From: an uncultured phage cr125_1
Strand: one strand, 5' to 3'
Sequence record: NC_055900.1
DNA: 40,000 nt
Position 1 is the stretch's first letter. Each line of letters opens with the position of its first letter. Under the pieces are notes generated by a model. It saw nothing but the letters and a program-made list of their open reading frames with translations, searched no databases and was not told the origin of the DNA. Shown here piece after piece: positions 1-11,706 of this stretch. The translations under genes were made by a program, and so were the position numbers.

Positions 1-718
1 TAAGACCAGTATACTGATCTAATTCTTCAACACTTTCGATTACACCTGCACCAGGGGCATTCCATTTATCTCCTAACTGAATCTCTACACGATTATAACG
101 TAACTCTGGTACTTCTAGGAATCTACGTAAAGTAAGGCTATCAAACTCAGCGTGACCAAACTTATCAATCTTACCACCAAAACCAGTAAGACCTGAAGCA
201 AATCCTTCTTGACCAAAGATAGCAGAGTCTTTAAACCATACTTCATAAGGAGTAGAATCAGGTTTAATTTTACTTATATATATGTCATCATACAGTTCAG
301 TATTCAGATTCTTGTTTGTCCATTTCTATAGTTCGCTATCCCATGCAAGAGCATTATCATTACGTAAGTTCTTTATCTCTACGTCTTGCAAGTCTGTTAA
401 TCTACCAAGTAAGCCTGTTACTACTTTACTAGCAGCTATATTAGACCATCTATCTCCATCATACTGCAATAAGTCTAGCTTAGTGGGATCTACTATATTA
501 GTATCTTTCATTAACTCAATTCTATTCTACAAGTTAATCTATGTTTGTATAGAATTGAGATCATTCTTCAGTTTGTCTATATCTGAAGTATTAGCTGCTG
601 TAACCTTATTAGTACTAGTTAACTACTAATTTTGCACATAGTTTACAAGGCTATCTGACACAGTCTTAATAGCTATAGTATTCTTCCTTACCTATCTTTC
701 TAATTCTTCTGTAGTCAT
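1..718 (-). CDS. Putative virion/tail-associated protein, C-terminus outside window, TAG read as sense
   Basis: With TAG as Q it starts MTTEELERQVRKNTIAIKTVSDSLVNYVQNQQLTSTNK... and continues through ORF 326..511 (same frame) to the window edge. Contains a tandem TAG-TAG at 623..628. Confidence 0.6.
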
Positions 719-1029
719 TATTCACAAATTATAAGTTCGTCATTAATAGTGGCAATGCCAAAATTAGTAATTAATTCTCTTTCTAGCAATAGGGGATGTA
801 TTATTTCTTGATCGTTACCATCCCAATATCTACTAGGTTGTACTAGACAATTGATAATCTACTTTAGTTTGTCTACTTGCACTTGAGTTAATGGGTAATC
901 CCCATCTATCAAATTAGCTATATAGGTAGCACATATTATACTCTTAATGTCACACTTATCGTACTCTATGTTATACTTAGTAAGTAGATTCTTGCTAGCT
1001 TCTATCTTGTATATCTCTTTAGTTAGCAT
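718..1029 (-). CDS. Hypothetical protein, 103 aa, one in-frame TAG
   Basis: MLTKEIYKIEASKNLLTKYNIEYDKCD...DKLK[TAG]IINCLVQPSRYWDG...ELIICE*; 312 nt, stop TAA overlapping the next start. Confidence 0.6.
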
Positions 1030-1640
1030 AGTGAACAAACTCCATTTTTACAATTACAACAACTAGTACAAAAAGTTTTATTTCCACTCTTACAGCATTT
1101 ACCACAGTCGTAATGACCGTCATTAAATACAGAATGATCAGTATTTATATGTAGCATTCTAGCTATATCTTTATAGTACTAAACCTGATCATCAATTATA
1201 TCATGTTCTACTGCATACTGTAATAAGTTATATTTAAGCATAAATAACATAATACGATCTTTCTATTGATCATCCAAACAAGTACTACAATGATTACACA
1301 ATAGGTCTATTTGCTTATAATACAGTTCTTCTGTATCATAATAAAAAGCTACACTATCTTCTATAGTAACAGTAAATGCGTTAAGCACCATTTTTGGATC
1401 AAAGCTGTCTATATCTAAATAGATAATACTTCTTCCTTCTGTTAATTCTACCTGATCACCTTCTTCATTCATTAGTAAAACAGAGTAAGAATGATCGCTA
1501 GGTATAGCTGAATTGCGATTAGAATAGTTATCCAGTGTGTCTATATACAGATACAAATCCTCCTATACTATCTCAGGTAATTTAGTATCTAGGTTTATTG
1601 ATAGAATACCATTCTCTATATTTATTCCGATTATTTTCAT
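1023..1640 (-). CDS. Cys-rich C-terminus protein, 205 aa, in-frame TAGs
   Basis: Reading through TAG joins MKIIGINIENG... with ORF 1263..1556 and ends DCGKCCKSGNKTFCTSCCNCKNGVCSLC*; 618 nt, divisible by 3. Confidence 0.65.
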
Positions 1641-1654
1641 GATATTATTTTAAA

Positions 1655-1690
1655 TAAAAAAGGCTACAGGGCTATTTAGCCCCATAGCCC
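1655..1690 (-). terminator. Rho-independent terminator-like hairpin
   Basis: - strand AGGGCTATGGGGCTAAATAGCCCTGTAGCCTTTTTT, downstream of CDS 1718..2692. Confidence 0.7.
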
Positions 1691-1717
1691 TTTATCAGCA
1701 CACTGAAATAATATTTA

Positions 1718-2692
1718 TTATTTTACTTCTGCACCAGAAATAAATGATTGGATACCCTTGTCTACGATAGAGCCAACCAAGCTAGGACAATAAACTTCCG
1801 TAGTCAACGGAGTAGTCTTAATATACTGGTTGTCATTGCTCAAATACAGGTTATCATTTTCAATGATAGCGTAGTCATATTCAGCACCTTCAACTACCTT
1901 ACGAGTTTGTTCTACGCTAGGATAAGCACCAGTGAATACGTGGCCTTTGTAACCCATATTACGTACTTCTGCATCACGTACTTGTTTCCAGTAGCCCTTA
2001 CCAGGATTACCTACAGTCTTAGCGATAGTAGCACCAGCAACAGCTTTAGGCTGATTAGCAAGCAGAGCACCCGGAATAGTTTCATACAATGAAGCTTCCA
2101 TAGTTACAACGCTATATTCGTTCAAAGAATCAACACCTTCGTTGTCATCTTTCGGCATAGCAGTCAATGTAATAACTGCAGAAGATACAGTAGCCTGTAC
2201 ACGACGATTTTTGTGAGCATTAATCTTCTTTACAATAGCGGCAGCCAAGTCAGCAGCAGTTGTAGATTCAGCATATACTTCATAAGTATGAGTAAACTGC
2301 CAAGCAGCTTCGTACATATCTTTGTAAACAATACGTAATACGTAACGATTACCTGCAACGATAGTAGCATCAGTCAAAGTAATAACGATCTTCTCTTCTA
2401 CAGGAGCTACATATTCACCAATTACTGCAGACGGTTTAGAGTTTTTCTTGATCTCATTAGAGAAGTCAATATTTGCCTTCTGAGCTACAGAACCATCAGG
2501 CATAGTAACATTGATTTTAGAACCAGCTACACCTACGTAAAGAGAACTAGCAGTAGCAGCTTCAGCAGCAGTTTTAATCAAAGCTTTATTTTCGTTAAAT
2601 AAAGCTACGTCACCTGCAGCAAGAGCATCAGCTGTAGTATAAGATGCAGGACAAGTTTTTCCGATCAATACGGAATGTACACTTTGTAACAT
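1718..2692 (-). CDS. Putative phage structural protein, 324 aa
   Basis: Intact ORF in the structural block; relatively GC- and Ala-rich, consistent with a highly expressed virion protein. Specific function not assignable from sequence alone. Confidence 0.65.
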   Translation of the reverse strand: MLQSVHSVLIGKTCPASYTTADALAAGDVALFNENKALIKTAAEAATASSLYVGVAGSKINVTMPDGSVAQKANIDFSNEIKKNSKPSAVIGEYVAPVEEKIVITLTDATIVAGNRYVLRIVYKDMYEAAWQFTHTYEVYAESTTAADLAAAIVKKINAHKNRRVQATVSSAVITLTAMPKDDNEGVDSLNEYSVVTMEASLYETIPGALLANQPKAVAGATIAKTVGNPGKGYWKQVRDAEVRNMGYKGHVFTGAYPSVEQTRKVVEGAEYDYAIIENDNLYLSNDNQYIKTTPLTTEVYCPSLVGSIVDKGIQSFISGAEVK

Positions 2693-2793
2693 ATTAGTTT
2701 TTTTATTTTAAATTAGACATATTAAGCGCTTAGTCTAAGACGCTTAGTTCTACTCCCTTATTGCAGGTTTCCACGTTCTAAGCGCTATTTGGT

Positions 2794-3513
2794 TTACTCC
2801 ATATTAGGAACTACTTCCTAAGTATAGGAGTTATAACGAGGATTTGCTTGATTTTCAATATACAACTGAGCTGCTAACTTAACAATCTCTAGATGTGTAT
2901 GTTCAGGCATATCCGTATATTCTTTAAAGGGTTCAGTGTGTATATCTATATAATGTGGTTTTCTTAAGTAATGCAATATATACTTACTTACTTTATATTT
3001 TCCATCAGTATATAGTTTAATTTCGTTTCCCGATAATAGACGAATTGGTTTTGCTTTAGTATATCTTAAATGATACTCTGATAAAGAATTTTCCTTGATT
3101 CTATCAATAGTTTCTATACTACCTTCTAATACATCTGAGTAATGAATTACATAGTTTCCATCACTGTCTAATTCCCAGCAGGGATCTGTATATCCATCAG
3201 CTGGAGATATTCCGGCAGTGTCACCTAAAAGTATTACATAATCTTCTGGTATAGTTACTGTATATAAATCCTTAGAAGTAGTATCTGGAACTAAAGTAAC
3301 TTCAGCAACCAAAGTACGTAGGTCATCAATTCTTTTCTGAATCTATTCAAATCCTTTAACCTTAGGGTTATTCTAAGAATATCTTGTCTTCCAGAATTTA
3401 TCTAAACCTGCATTCAAGAAATACTCAGTTGTATTTGTAGTAGGCTTAGTAAAGTTATCATCTAACTTATTAAGCTCTAATTCAAAAGACTCAAGTAATT
3501 CAATATTCTTCAT
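2794..3513 (-). CDS. Putative structural protein, 239 aa, in-frame TAGs
   Basis: MKNIELLESFELELNKLDDNFTKPTTNTTEYFLNAGLDKFWKTRYS[TAG]NNPKVKGFE[TAG]IQKRIDD... joins ORF 2818..3312, then TAG and EVVPNME before TAA. Confidence 0.65.
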
Positions 3514-3515
3514 AA

Positions 3516-4253
3516 TTATTTATTATCTTCAGGTTTCATGTTTAACCTATACTTAGCTTCAGTGATAAACATCTCCACTGCTCCTTCTACGATCTCCATA
3601 TGCACGTTTTCAGGAAGTTCGCAGCGATCTAATACGTTTACTCCATCTACTCCAATTACGTCAAATTTCTTAGGCTTACGATAATATACTAAATCTACTT
3701 TCTTTATAGTAGTATACTCATCATGAATGACATTTAGATAAAGTTTCTTTTCCTCATCTGCATTATTACCTGCATTCAATACTACGTATGGATTTAATAC
3801 AATAGCTTTGTTATAGTATGTAGATATTACTTTTTCAACGTCATCCTCTCTAATAGTTTTATTAGAAGTCACTACATAATCTTGTTCGTTCTAGATCTCT
3901 TCCTCTATCTTATAGTTCTTAGATATTAAACTATTAGAACGTATATATAAGAAGTAATCAGAAGGTAAAGATACTCTATCGCTAGTCTTATCTGTATTAT
4001 TTTTATCTTTAGCTTCAACTGCATACAGACCTCTAGTAATAAGACCTTTTAAAGCATCTGCATTCTTCTTTTGAGCTCTAGTACCATCCTGTATTGCATC
4101 TTCTTGCAAATAGTTCAGACGTACATAACGTTCTGTATATGCATTCAGAAAAGAGAAAATTGTATCAGATGTTAGTTTTTCTTCCAATTCAAAATTCGGA
4201 TTCATAAGTGTAATCCGTCTTTCAAACTCAATTTGCATTGCTCTGCTATTCAT
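3516..4253 (-). CDS. Putative structural/head-tail protein, 245 aa, in-frame TAG
   Basis: ORFs 3891..4253 and 3516..3872 are in the same frame, separated only by TAG (EEEI[TAG]NEQDYVVTSNK); 738 nt. Confidence 0.7.
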
Positions 4254-4272
4254 ATCTTATTCTTATATTTTA

Positions 4273-4968
4273 TTATTCTTCTAAACTGTTTATCTGTAAT
4301 TTAGTCTAAGCTCGATTAGATTCAATATTCTCTAAAGCTATTACTACTGCTCTATTAACTACTTCATTAAGAATATAATCTGGCACTTCTGTAATATTCC
4401 TATTATAATCTGTATGTTGTATCAATTCAGGGTACTTAACATAAGTAATATCAGCAGTATATTCTTCTGCCTCCATTCTAATAGGATCTATATATATCTT
4501 TAAAGTATTATCTTCTAATACAGCTACAGGAGTATCTATCCAAGGTAGATTATTATACGTCTATAAGAACTTACCAGCTTTGTCGTGATCTATTAGTATA
4601 CAAGTTGATACTTCATTATCATAGTGGAGTACACAATCTACATAGAACATTCTCTTAAGCTCTTCTCCGTCTTTAAAGAAATTAGATAAAGTAAGCACAT
4701 TAGAACTAGCATACGGATATACTAAATTCTAAGCAGAATCTGTCTTAATCAGTTTCTATAGATCAGCAATACGTTTTACAGCACCTTCAAATCCAACTTG
4801 CATTGTATTATTTCCAGTATATTTATTACATATTACTTCTATATATGCCTAATTAAGAAACAGATCAATTTCTTCTGGAAGAAATGCAGGACAGCCGCCG
4901 AAAGCGACTGCCTCTGAATTCTTATCCATTAGAACTTTGAATGCCTTATGTAAATCAGATATTTTCAT
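4273..4968 (-). CDS. Putative structural protein, 231 aa, multiple in-frame TAGs
   Basis: MKISDLHKAFKVLMDKNSEAVAFGGCPAFLPEEIDLFLN[TAG]AYIEVICNKYTG...KRIADL[TAG]KLIKTDSA[TAG]NLVYPYASSN...SLEE*; not visible in the standard-code ORF track. Confidence 0.7.
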
Positions 4969-5720
4969 TATTTAGATTTAATTTCGTTCATTATGGCTAA
5001 TTTGATGTCTTGATTCTTCTTGTCTTGTAAATAAACAATCACATCATCAATGCCATTACCAATCAGATCTGTACCAAAGAAATATTGTGTTCTATTCTTA
5101 CGAATGATATTTTTAGCAATAGCTTCTTCAATAACAAAGTTAATTTCCTTATTAGGATTATTAACCCATTTAAGCATAAATTTCTCAGGAGCTGATTCTA
5201 CTTGTTCTGTAAGTTTAGCCTCTACTAATTCATTAGACATAGTATCAGACTTCATACCATAGAGACGTAAGCACTTGCGCATATCTTCGATAGACATCTT
5301 ATCAAGTTCTCTATATGCTTCACGTTTAACTTTATTGACTCTATTAGTCTGTTCAGCTTCTGCATCTTTATTAATCAACACATAGTCCTTAGAAGGATTC
5401 ATATTAGCTAATCCGTCAGCTACTCTCTTATGACCCTTTAAGAATAAGTATTGTAATTCATCCAGTGGCCTTTCAGTATTGAGAATCAAATCTCTTTTAC
5501 CGAGTTGTACTGCGAAGGTAGTCCAAAAGTCACTACTTGGTGACAATTCCCCTTCTTCTTTGTTTAAGGCTTTTTCCAATCTACGAGCATCCTATTCGCT
5601 CAAGCCAGTATAGATATTACCAGATCTAGTCCAGTAGGGTCCTACATAGTCAAATGTTGTAGGCCATTTTGTAAGTCCAGTCCAAGGATTTACTTTAACT
5701 ATTCTAACGATTACTTCCAT
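4968..5720 (-). CDS. Putative structural protein near MCP, 250 aa, one in-frame TAG
   Basis: MEVIVRIVKVNPWTGLTKWPTTFDYVGPYWTRSGNIYTGLSE[TAG]DARRLEKALNKEEG...; extends ORF 4968..5579 upstream, 753 nt. Confidence 0.7.
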
Positions 5721-5748
5721 AATACAATGTATTAGATTTATCCTGTTA

Positions 5749-6420
5749 TTAAGCAGCAACGTCTAGAGAATGGTTGTTATATTCTTCTAACGTTATCTTT
5801 CTAATGTAAACATTTTGTTTTTTCCAAAGTTTCGGAATCTCTGGTTCGCTGTAAGTTCTAACTAAAGTTATTGTAGTATTATAAAATCTAGCACAATCTG
5901 CTTTAGATCTAAATACATTAATAATATTATTATTTGCGTCAAGTACAGCTACAGGTTGTTGACACTTCTCAACTAAATTCATTATATGGTTGTGTAACTT
6001 TTCCGTAGTTTTACCTTTTCGCATCTCAGACATTTTCTTCTTGGTCTCTTCAGATGCTTTTCTGCCAATAGCTTTTTGACGCATTTTTTCTTTAGTTTCT
6101 TCAGAATGCAGTCTACCAAATGTACCGTCTCCGCCTTCCGTTAAGTTATAACCCTTCTCTCTATTCATAGAATCATACTGTTTAATCCAGTACTTTTCTT
6201 TTTCTTTCAATTCCTCATACGTTTCGGCAAAATCAATTATTTCTAATGTGAAGTTTTCCTCTCCGTATTTAGCCATTGAGCGATGGATAGGAGCAGGTTC
6301 GCCAGTACGAGCTTCATACCAATGATGGCGATATCTTGCACCGGCGCCCTGATTTGTTATTCCTATATAAACTTTTCCTGTAACTTTATTAGTGATTTTG
6401 TATACGTCATTATTTTTCAT
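5749..6420 (-). CDS. GIY-YIG homing endonuclease with NUMOD3-like repeats
   Basis: N-terminal VYKITNKVTGKVYIGITNQ and repeated H/ASEETKEKMRQ...ASEETKKKMSE motifs. No in-frame TAG over 223 codons. Confidence 0.9.
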   Translation of the reverse strand: MKNNDVYKITNKVTGKVYIGITNQGAGARYRHHWYEARTGEPAPIHRSMAKYGEENFTLEIIDFAETYEELKEKEKYWIKQYDSMNREKGYNLTEGGDGTFGRLHSEETKEKMRQKAIGRKASEETKKKMSEMRKGKTTEKLHNHIMNLVEKCQQPVAVLDANNNIINVFRSKADCARFYNTTITLVRTYSEPEIPKLWKKQNVYIRKITLEEYNNHSLDVAA

Positions 6421-6512
6421 ATAATATAATTATTAGTTATATTATATTGAACGTACAAAATATAAAAAAGTTACTCGAGAATAGGTTAATTTAACTTAAA
6501 TTAATGTTCGAC

Positions 6513-7976
6513 TTACTCCAAAATGAGCTCTCCACATGCGCGGGGATCTCTCAACATTATTCCCATTTCTCCAAGGAAGAATACAGTGTAACCATCCTTA
6601 CCGTTAGATCTCAGAGTATCTTTGCTCTTAGCATAACCAGACGGAGCAACAGCACCACCAGTATACCAAGTAACGAACTCACGATCCTTACGAACTACCT
6701 TAACGATATTGGCTTCACCATCACGACGACCAAGATCCAAGAAGGTCATACGATAAGATTCCTTCGGTTTCAATGTAATCGGATGCAATTCACGATTATA
6801 AACTGTATCGTCATACAACGGGAAATATTTCAATGTCAACTCGATACCATTAGTCATCTTGTAAGTCTTGAACTGACCACCAAAAGTAAGGTTATCACCA
6901 GAACCAGTTACAAATACTGTATCAGTCAGGTTCATAGTAGCTACCTTTTCTTTCAAGATACGGTCGAATTCACGCATACCCATTTCACCAGTCAAAGCAA
7001 CAAACTTACGTTCGTTAGTACCAAGACAGTTGTAAGACAGGTCAAACAAGAAGTCTTCCAACATTTCACCAGTCAGTTTAGTGTAATAACGTCTATTAGA
7101 CGGAGCAATCTGTTCCAACAGACCAGCACCAATGAATACAGGACGACCATTAGTACCCTTCAGATTACAAGAACCGTCTTTGTTAACATTGGTTTTCATG
7201 TAAACCAACATACGTTCACATCTCTTATACCATTCACGTAAAGCTTTCCATTCCTGATAATCAGCCCACAAGTAAGAAGTCTTACCAGTTGCAGGATCTT
7301 TCAGTGCAATAGCCATTACTGTAGAATAAGCAGAACCAGTGATATCATAGTTGATACGAATGGTAGTTAAGTAGTTACGCATCTTGAAGTGAGTGTTGTA
7401 GTTCAAGATATCACCCTCTTCACTGTACTCTTCGTATGCAGAAGCAAGACGAGATACCTGCTTACCTGCTTCCAGATATTCAGCAGGAATATAAGAAGAA
7501 GGCTGACCGTCAGCTACAAAGCAAGTATAAACCCACAGATTGCCATCTTGATACGGAGCACCAGCTACACGTACTTGGAATTCTTTATTATCAAACTCTA
7601 GAATAGCACCAGGACCAAACCAGTTATCTTCCAACCACAACATAATAGGTGTGTTACCCAAACCTGCAGTAGAAGTAGAAGTAATAGCTGCGCCATTCCA
7701 TTTAGCGTCTCTAATTGTTACGGCACGGTCAGCGTCGATCATTACAGACCATTCAAAAGAAGGCTGATCAATCGTCATAACGTTGCCAAGACCACCTGTC
7801 AACATATCCAAAGAAGTGCTATAGCCACTATCTTTAGTACCAAATACATAAGACAGGATGGTAGATACCTGATAAGGATTCTACTGTGAAGCTACTGAAA
7901 TCTTCGCAGTATCAATCAGGTCTGAAAACCACTTACCTTTGTATAGTTGCAGATTGTTAAGAATACTGTTATCCAT
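6513..7976 (-). CDS. Major capsid protein, crAss-like, 487 aa, one in-frame TAG
   Basis: ORF 6513..7811 extends through one TAG to MDNSILNNLQLYKGKWFSDLIDTAKISVASQ[TAG]NPYQVSTILSYVFGTKDSGYSTSLDMLTGG; size, position and composition fit a crAss-like MCP. Confidence 0.8.
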
Positions 7977-8014
7977 AAAAATACTAGTAAATTAATTTAT
8001 TGTTAAATTTTTTA

Positions 8015-9211
8015 TTATGCGGCACGTAGTTGTCGTGCAAAAGTATCCCAAATAGTTGAGGTACTATCATTATTTATTATCTGTTTCTTAGACTTCTTAG
8101 ATACTCCATTACCTCTCAGGCTATTTTTAAAGTTATCTAATGCGTCTTTTCTACCCTTCTGTTTAGCAATAGTAATCAAACTATCACCTTTCATTGTAAA
8201 GTAAGCAGAAGTAATAAGATTCTTAAGGCTTTTAGCGTAGTCTTTCTAATACTTAGTAACGCCATTAGCATCTGGTTTAAATATATATTCTAGCAAGGCG
8301 CGCTTGTCTTTTTCAGGAATATCAATACCATAAATGCTATTCATGCCTTTTATTTCAGAGACAACGTTCTAAAAGAACTCCTGTTGCTGCTTTTCAGCCT
8401 CTCTAGCCTACTTTTGTTGCTGCTCTAATAGCTTTTCCTTCCTTTCAGCTTTAATGTCTTTAAGAGCCTCTAATGCATCCGTAGCCTCATCTTCAAGAAT
8501 ACCAGCATCTTCATACTTAGTAATCTTTTTCTCAATTTGTTTAGTAGAGAAACCTTTTTCCTTTAAAAACTCTTTTACTATAAGCTTTTGATTTATTTCG
8601 TTATCTTCCACCTCGATATTGTCAAGATCAATATCAGCATCAATACTAAAGTAATCTTTAAGATTGCCTCCATTACGTACAAATTCATCAAGTTTCTCTA
8701 CTTCTTCACTGGAATAACTAGGAGTAGAATTTTCTTCAATTACATCTTTAAAATATTCAATAAGCTCTTCAGCAGTACGTGGTTTCTCATCATCATTAAT
8801 GTCATCCCAACCCAATTGTTCTGATAAAGAATCAAAGAATCCAACTATTACTTCTTCAGATTTATCATCATTTGAATCGTCATTATCCTCATATTCTTCC
8901 TCCTTAGTATCTTCTTTATCATCTTTGGATTCAGATTTCTTTTTACCTTTCTTAGTATCAGGTTTAGCAGGCTCTTCTTCCTCTTCCTCATCATCAAGGT
9001 CTTCCTCATTATCTTCTTCAATTTCTTCCTTTTCGTTCTTTTTATTTTTCTTAGGATTTCTTAGAGCCTCCAATTCTTCATCAGTTAATTCTTCTGACAC
9101 CCCATCAACAATGTCTTTTTCATTATCTTCATTAGTTTTGTTAGCACCTACATTAGAAACAAGGCTATCAAATATTGCCTCAAATCCATTCAATGTGTTC
9201 TTGTTTTCCAT
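8015..9211 (-). CDS. Acidic scaffold-like protein, 398 aa, in-frame TAGs
   Basis: ORF 8408..9211 continues through TAG to ...QQQK[TAG]AREAEKQQQEFF[TAG]NVVSEIKG...DTFARQLRAA*; very acidic Glu/Asp-rich region directly upstream of MCP. Confidence 0.65.
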
Positions 9212-9229
9212 AATTATATATAATTAGAT

Positions 9230-9442
9230 TTATTTTTTCTTTCTTCCTTTATGCTTCCAACGTCTGCTGTTCTAAGCAAATATAGCTCTCTTACGAGTTA
9301 AAGGATTTTTACTATGGGTAAGTTCTTCGGTTGTTTTGCCGGTTCTTTTCTTTAAAGCATTGAACTTACCCCTATTCTTTTTCTTTATATGTATCCCTCC
9401 ATTCTTATAGTTAGGTATTGGATACTGTGGATATTGTAACAT
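9230..9442 (-). CDS. Small basic protein, 70 aa, one in-frame TAG
   Basis: MLQYPQYPIPNYKNGGIHIKKKNRGKFNALKKRTGKTTEELTHSKNPLTRKRAIFA[TAG]NSRRWKHKGRKKK*; 213 nt. Confidence 0.55.
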
Positions 9443-9443
9443 A

Positions 9444-9719
9444 TTAATAATTCTTAGTAGCTCCTAATTCATAGCATCTTCTTATTAAGAATTCTATTAC
9501 TTCGTGAGCTTCTTCCTATGTAAAATATTTTTTATCTTCAAATAGCTTGATTGCATTTATCTAATCTTCTGATAAGATGTCTTCTATGTTATAAGAATCC
9601 TGTGACGGAGGCATTATAACATCTGGTAAGTAATGATATGAATGCTCCTCTTTGTATTTATCTAAAGTATTAACCCCTGTCACATAAGTATATAACTTAC
9701 GATCAGTCTCTGTTTTCAT
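9444..9719 (-). CDS. Small protein, 91 aa, two in-frame TAGs
   Basis: MKTETDRKLYTYVTGVNTLDKYKEEHSYHYLPDVIMPPSQDSYNIEDILSED[TAG]INAIKLFEDKKYFT[TAG]EEAHEVIEFLIRRCYELGATKNY*; 276 nt. Confidence 0.55.
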
Positions 9720-11698
9720 TGCTTGTAAAATATTTATTTGCTCCTACCGCTCCTACTCCAAGTAATGGTATAGTATTAAACCATTTTGTATAAGATCTCA
9801 TAGATTTAAACTATTCGCTAGCCTTCTTTATAGACTACATACCTTTTGGTAACTTACTTATTGCTTGTTTTATTAGGTCTGGAGTAACTATCTAATCTCT
9901 TGTATCAATCATTTTATTTGCATACATAAATTCTCTTAACTGATTCATATATGCTTTCTACTCAGTAGGTTTACTATAGTACTTAGTAAGTTTATCTGTA
10001 TTTGGATCTATACGACTAAATGGTTTTAACGCAGATCTCATCCAATAATATAAATTACTGTTAGCATCTGCATCTATTGCTTTATTTTTCAAATAATCGG
10101 CATTATGATTCATTTCGTGTATAGTAGTACCATATGGCACACCATCAATATCATACTGGTATTCGTATTCTCCCATTTTAGGAAATTCACCTCCATCCAT
10201 ATGCCTTTTAGTTGACTCAGTAGTAGTAGCCATTCTAGCTCTGGCATTATCCTCAAATGCAGTTCTTTTAGCTTTAGGTAGTAACTCTGGACTATTATTA
10301 TAAGCATCTATTAAATCTGCATATATCTGAGTATAGTCATCACCGTATTTTTCTTTTACCTACTAAGCTCTACGCATATAACTAGGATCGTCCATTAATC
10401 TCTAAACGGTTTCATAAGTTTCATTATTCAACCTAGCTGACATTCTACGTTCTTTTTCTCCTAATTTAACAGCTTTATTCAAAGCATTTGATAAACTATT
10501 ACGGTAATTCTTTACAGTAGGAGTACTCCTCCTTACAGTACTAATTGCTCTAGGTACAAAAAGGAATCATAGTTGCAGTAGCCAAACCAACTCCTAACCA
10601 ATCGTTATTCCTTGCTGCATTATATGCATCTTTAGCAGATAATACATCTCCTATAGGAGTCGCATTAGCGGCATCTTCTAAGTCTATTACAGGTTTAAGC
10701 CCTTGCTCCTTAGGTCTACCATCTGGAGTTCTACCTAATTTAGTATTAACTGCTTGAATAAATTCATCATCTGGATCTCCTACTTCACCACCTTCTGCTA
10801 AATACTAAGGTTGATCGTAATTACGTTCAGTGCCTATTTCAGCAACAGTATTGAATATGTCTATTAATTGTTCATCTTTATATCTATTTAGTAGATCATC
10901 GTCAATAGCTGTCTTTCTTAATTCTTTCAGAGAATCTTTATCCCATACTTTATTCGGATCTATTTGGTTAGTTTGCCTAAAGTTCATCAATCTAGAGTAT
11001 ACTTCAGTAGGCCTATCTAAGTAATCAGTAGTAGCTTTATTCTATCCTCCTAATATCTCTTGTATTCTATTCTCTTGAGGATACGCATTGGATGCATGCG
11101 CCTATTCATGTGTTAATACATTTTCAGTTGAAGCATATATTGCCTTACCTTTAGGGCTATACTCTCCGGCAATTGTCTAAGTACCTACTAATCCTTTCTA
11201 ATCCGGATTCTACATTCTAACCTTAGTTCCGATACCAAATCTCTTAGCATCCTGTATATATCTTTGTATAGCTTCCTACTCTGTCATAGTAGCGGATTTC
11301 ATTACAGGAGTGCCTCTTAGGTACGAATTAAAGCCGTAAGTTATAGGACTTTTATAGATAGCAGTTGCATCTCTATTAGCCTTTTGTAGTTCTAACTTAC
11401 CATCACCTAACTAATCATTAAAGTTGCCAGTAGCTAGTCTTGCCTAATTCCAAGTATCCATAAACTGGTTAGGTGTACCCTTAGCGTTTAATGCATTCTA
11501 TATGGCTTGCTATTCTCTACTTACTTCACCACCATCCTCGAAAGACTACACTTTCCAGTCCCAATAGCCTTTACCGGGATTACTCTCCCGGTAAGACTTT
11601 AGGGCTTGCATTCTCTATTTAAATGCGTTTCTATCCATAATTATTTACTTTTCTTTCCGCCTTTACCTTTTTTGCTTCCAGATTTCTTTCCTCCGCAT
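9703..11698 (-). CDS. Large protein with two HExxH zincin-like motifs, many in-frame TAGs, one apparent frame break at about 10558-10562
   Basis: MDRNAFK[TAG]RMQALKSYRESNPGKGYWDWKV[TAG]SFEDGG...VLTHE[TAG]AHASN...RPTEVYSRLM... then after a +1-type shift ...GTTIHEMNHNADYL...KYYSKPTE[TAG]KAYMNQLREF..., ending TGA. Length is 1996 nt (3n+1). Confidence 0.6.
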
Positions 11699-11706
11699 GC
11701 CATAAT

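Noticed and set aside
282-629. + strand ORF 115 aa
   Set aside because: Opposite a continuous TAG-readthrough frame on the - strand.
1748-2092. + strand ORF 114 aa
   Set aside because: Opposite a convincing structural gene on the - strand.
6504-9227. + strand ORFs 6504..7241, 7389..7601, 8588..8824 and 8799..9227
   Set aside because: Antisense shadows of MCP and the acidic scaffold-like gene (for example Ser-rich frame opposite GAA/GAT repeats).
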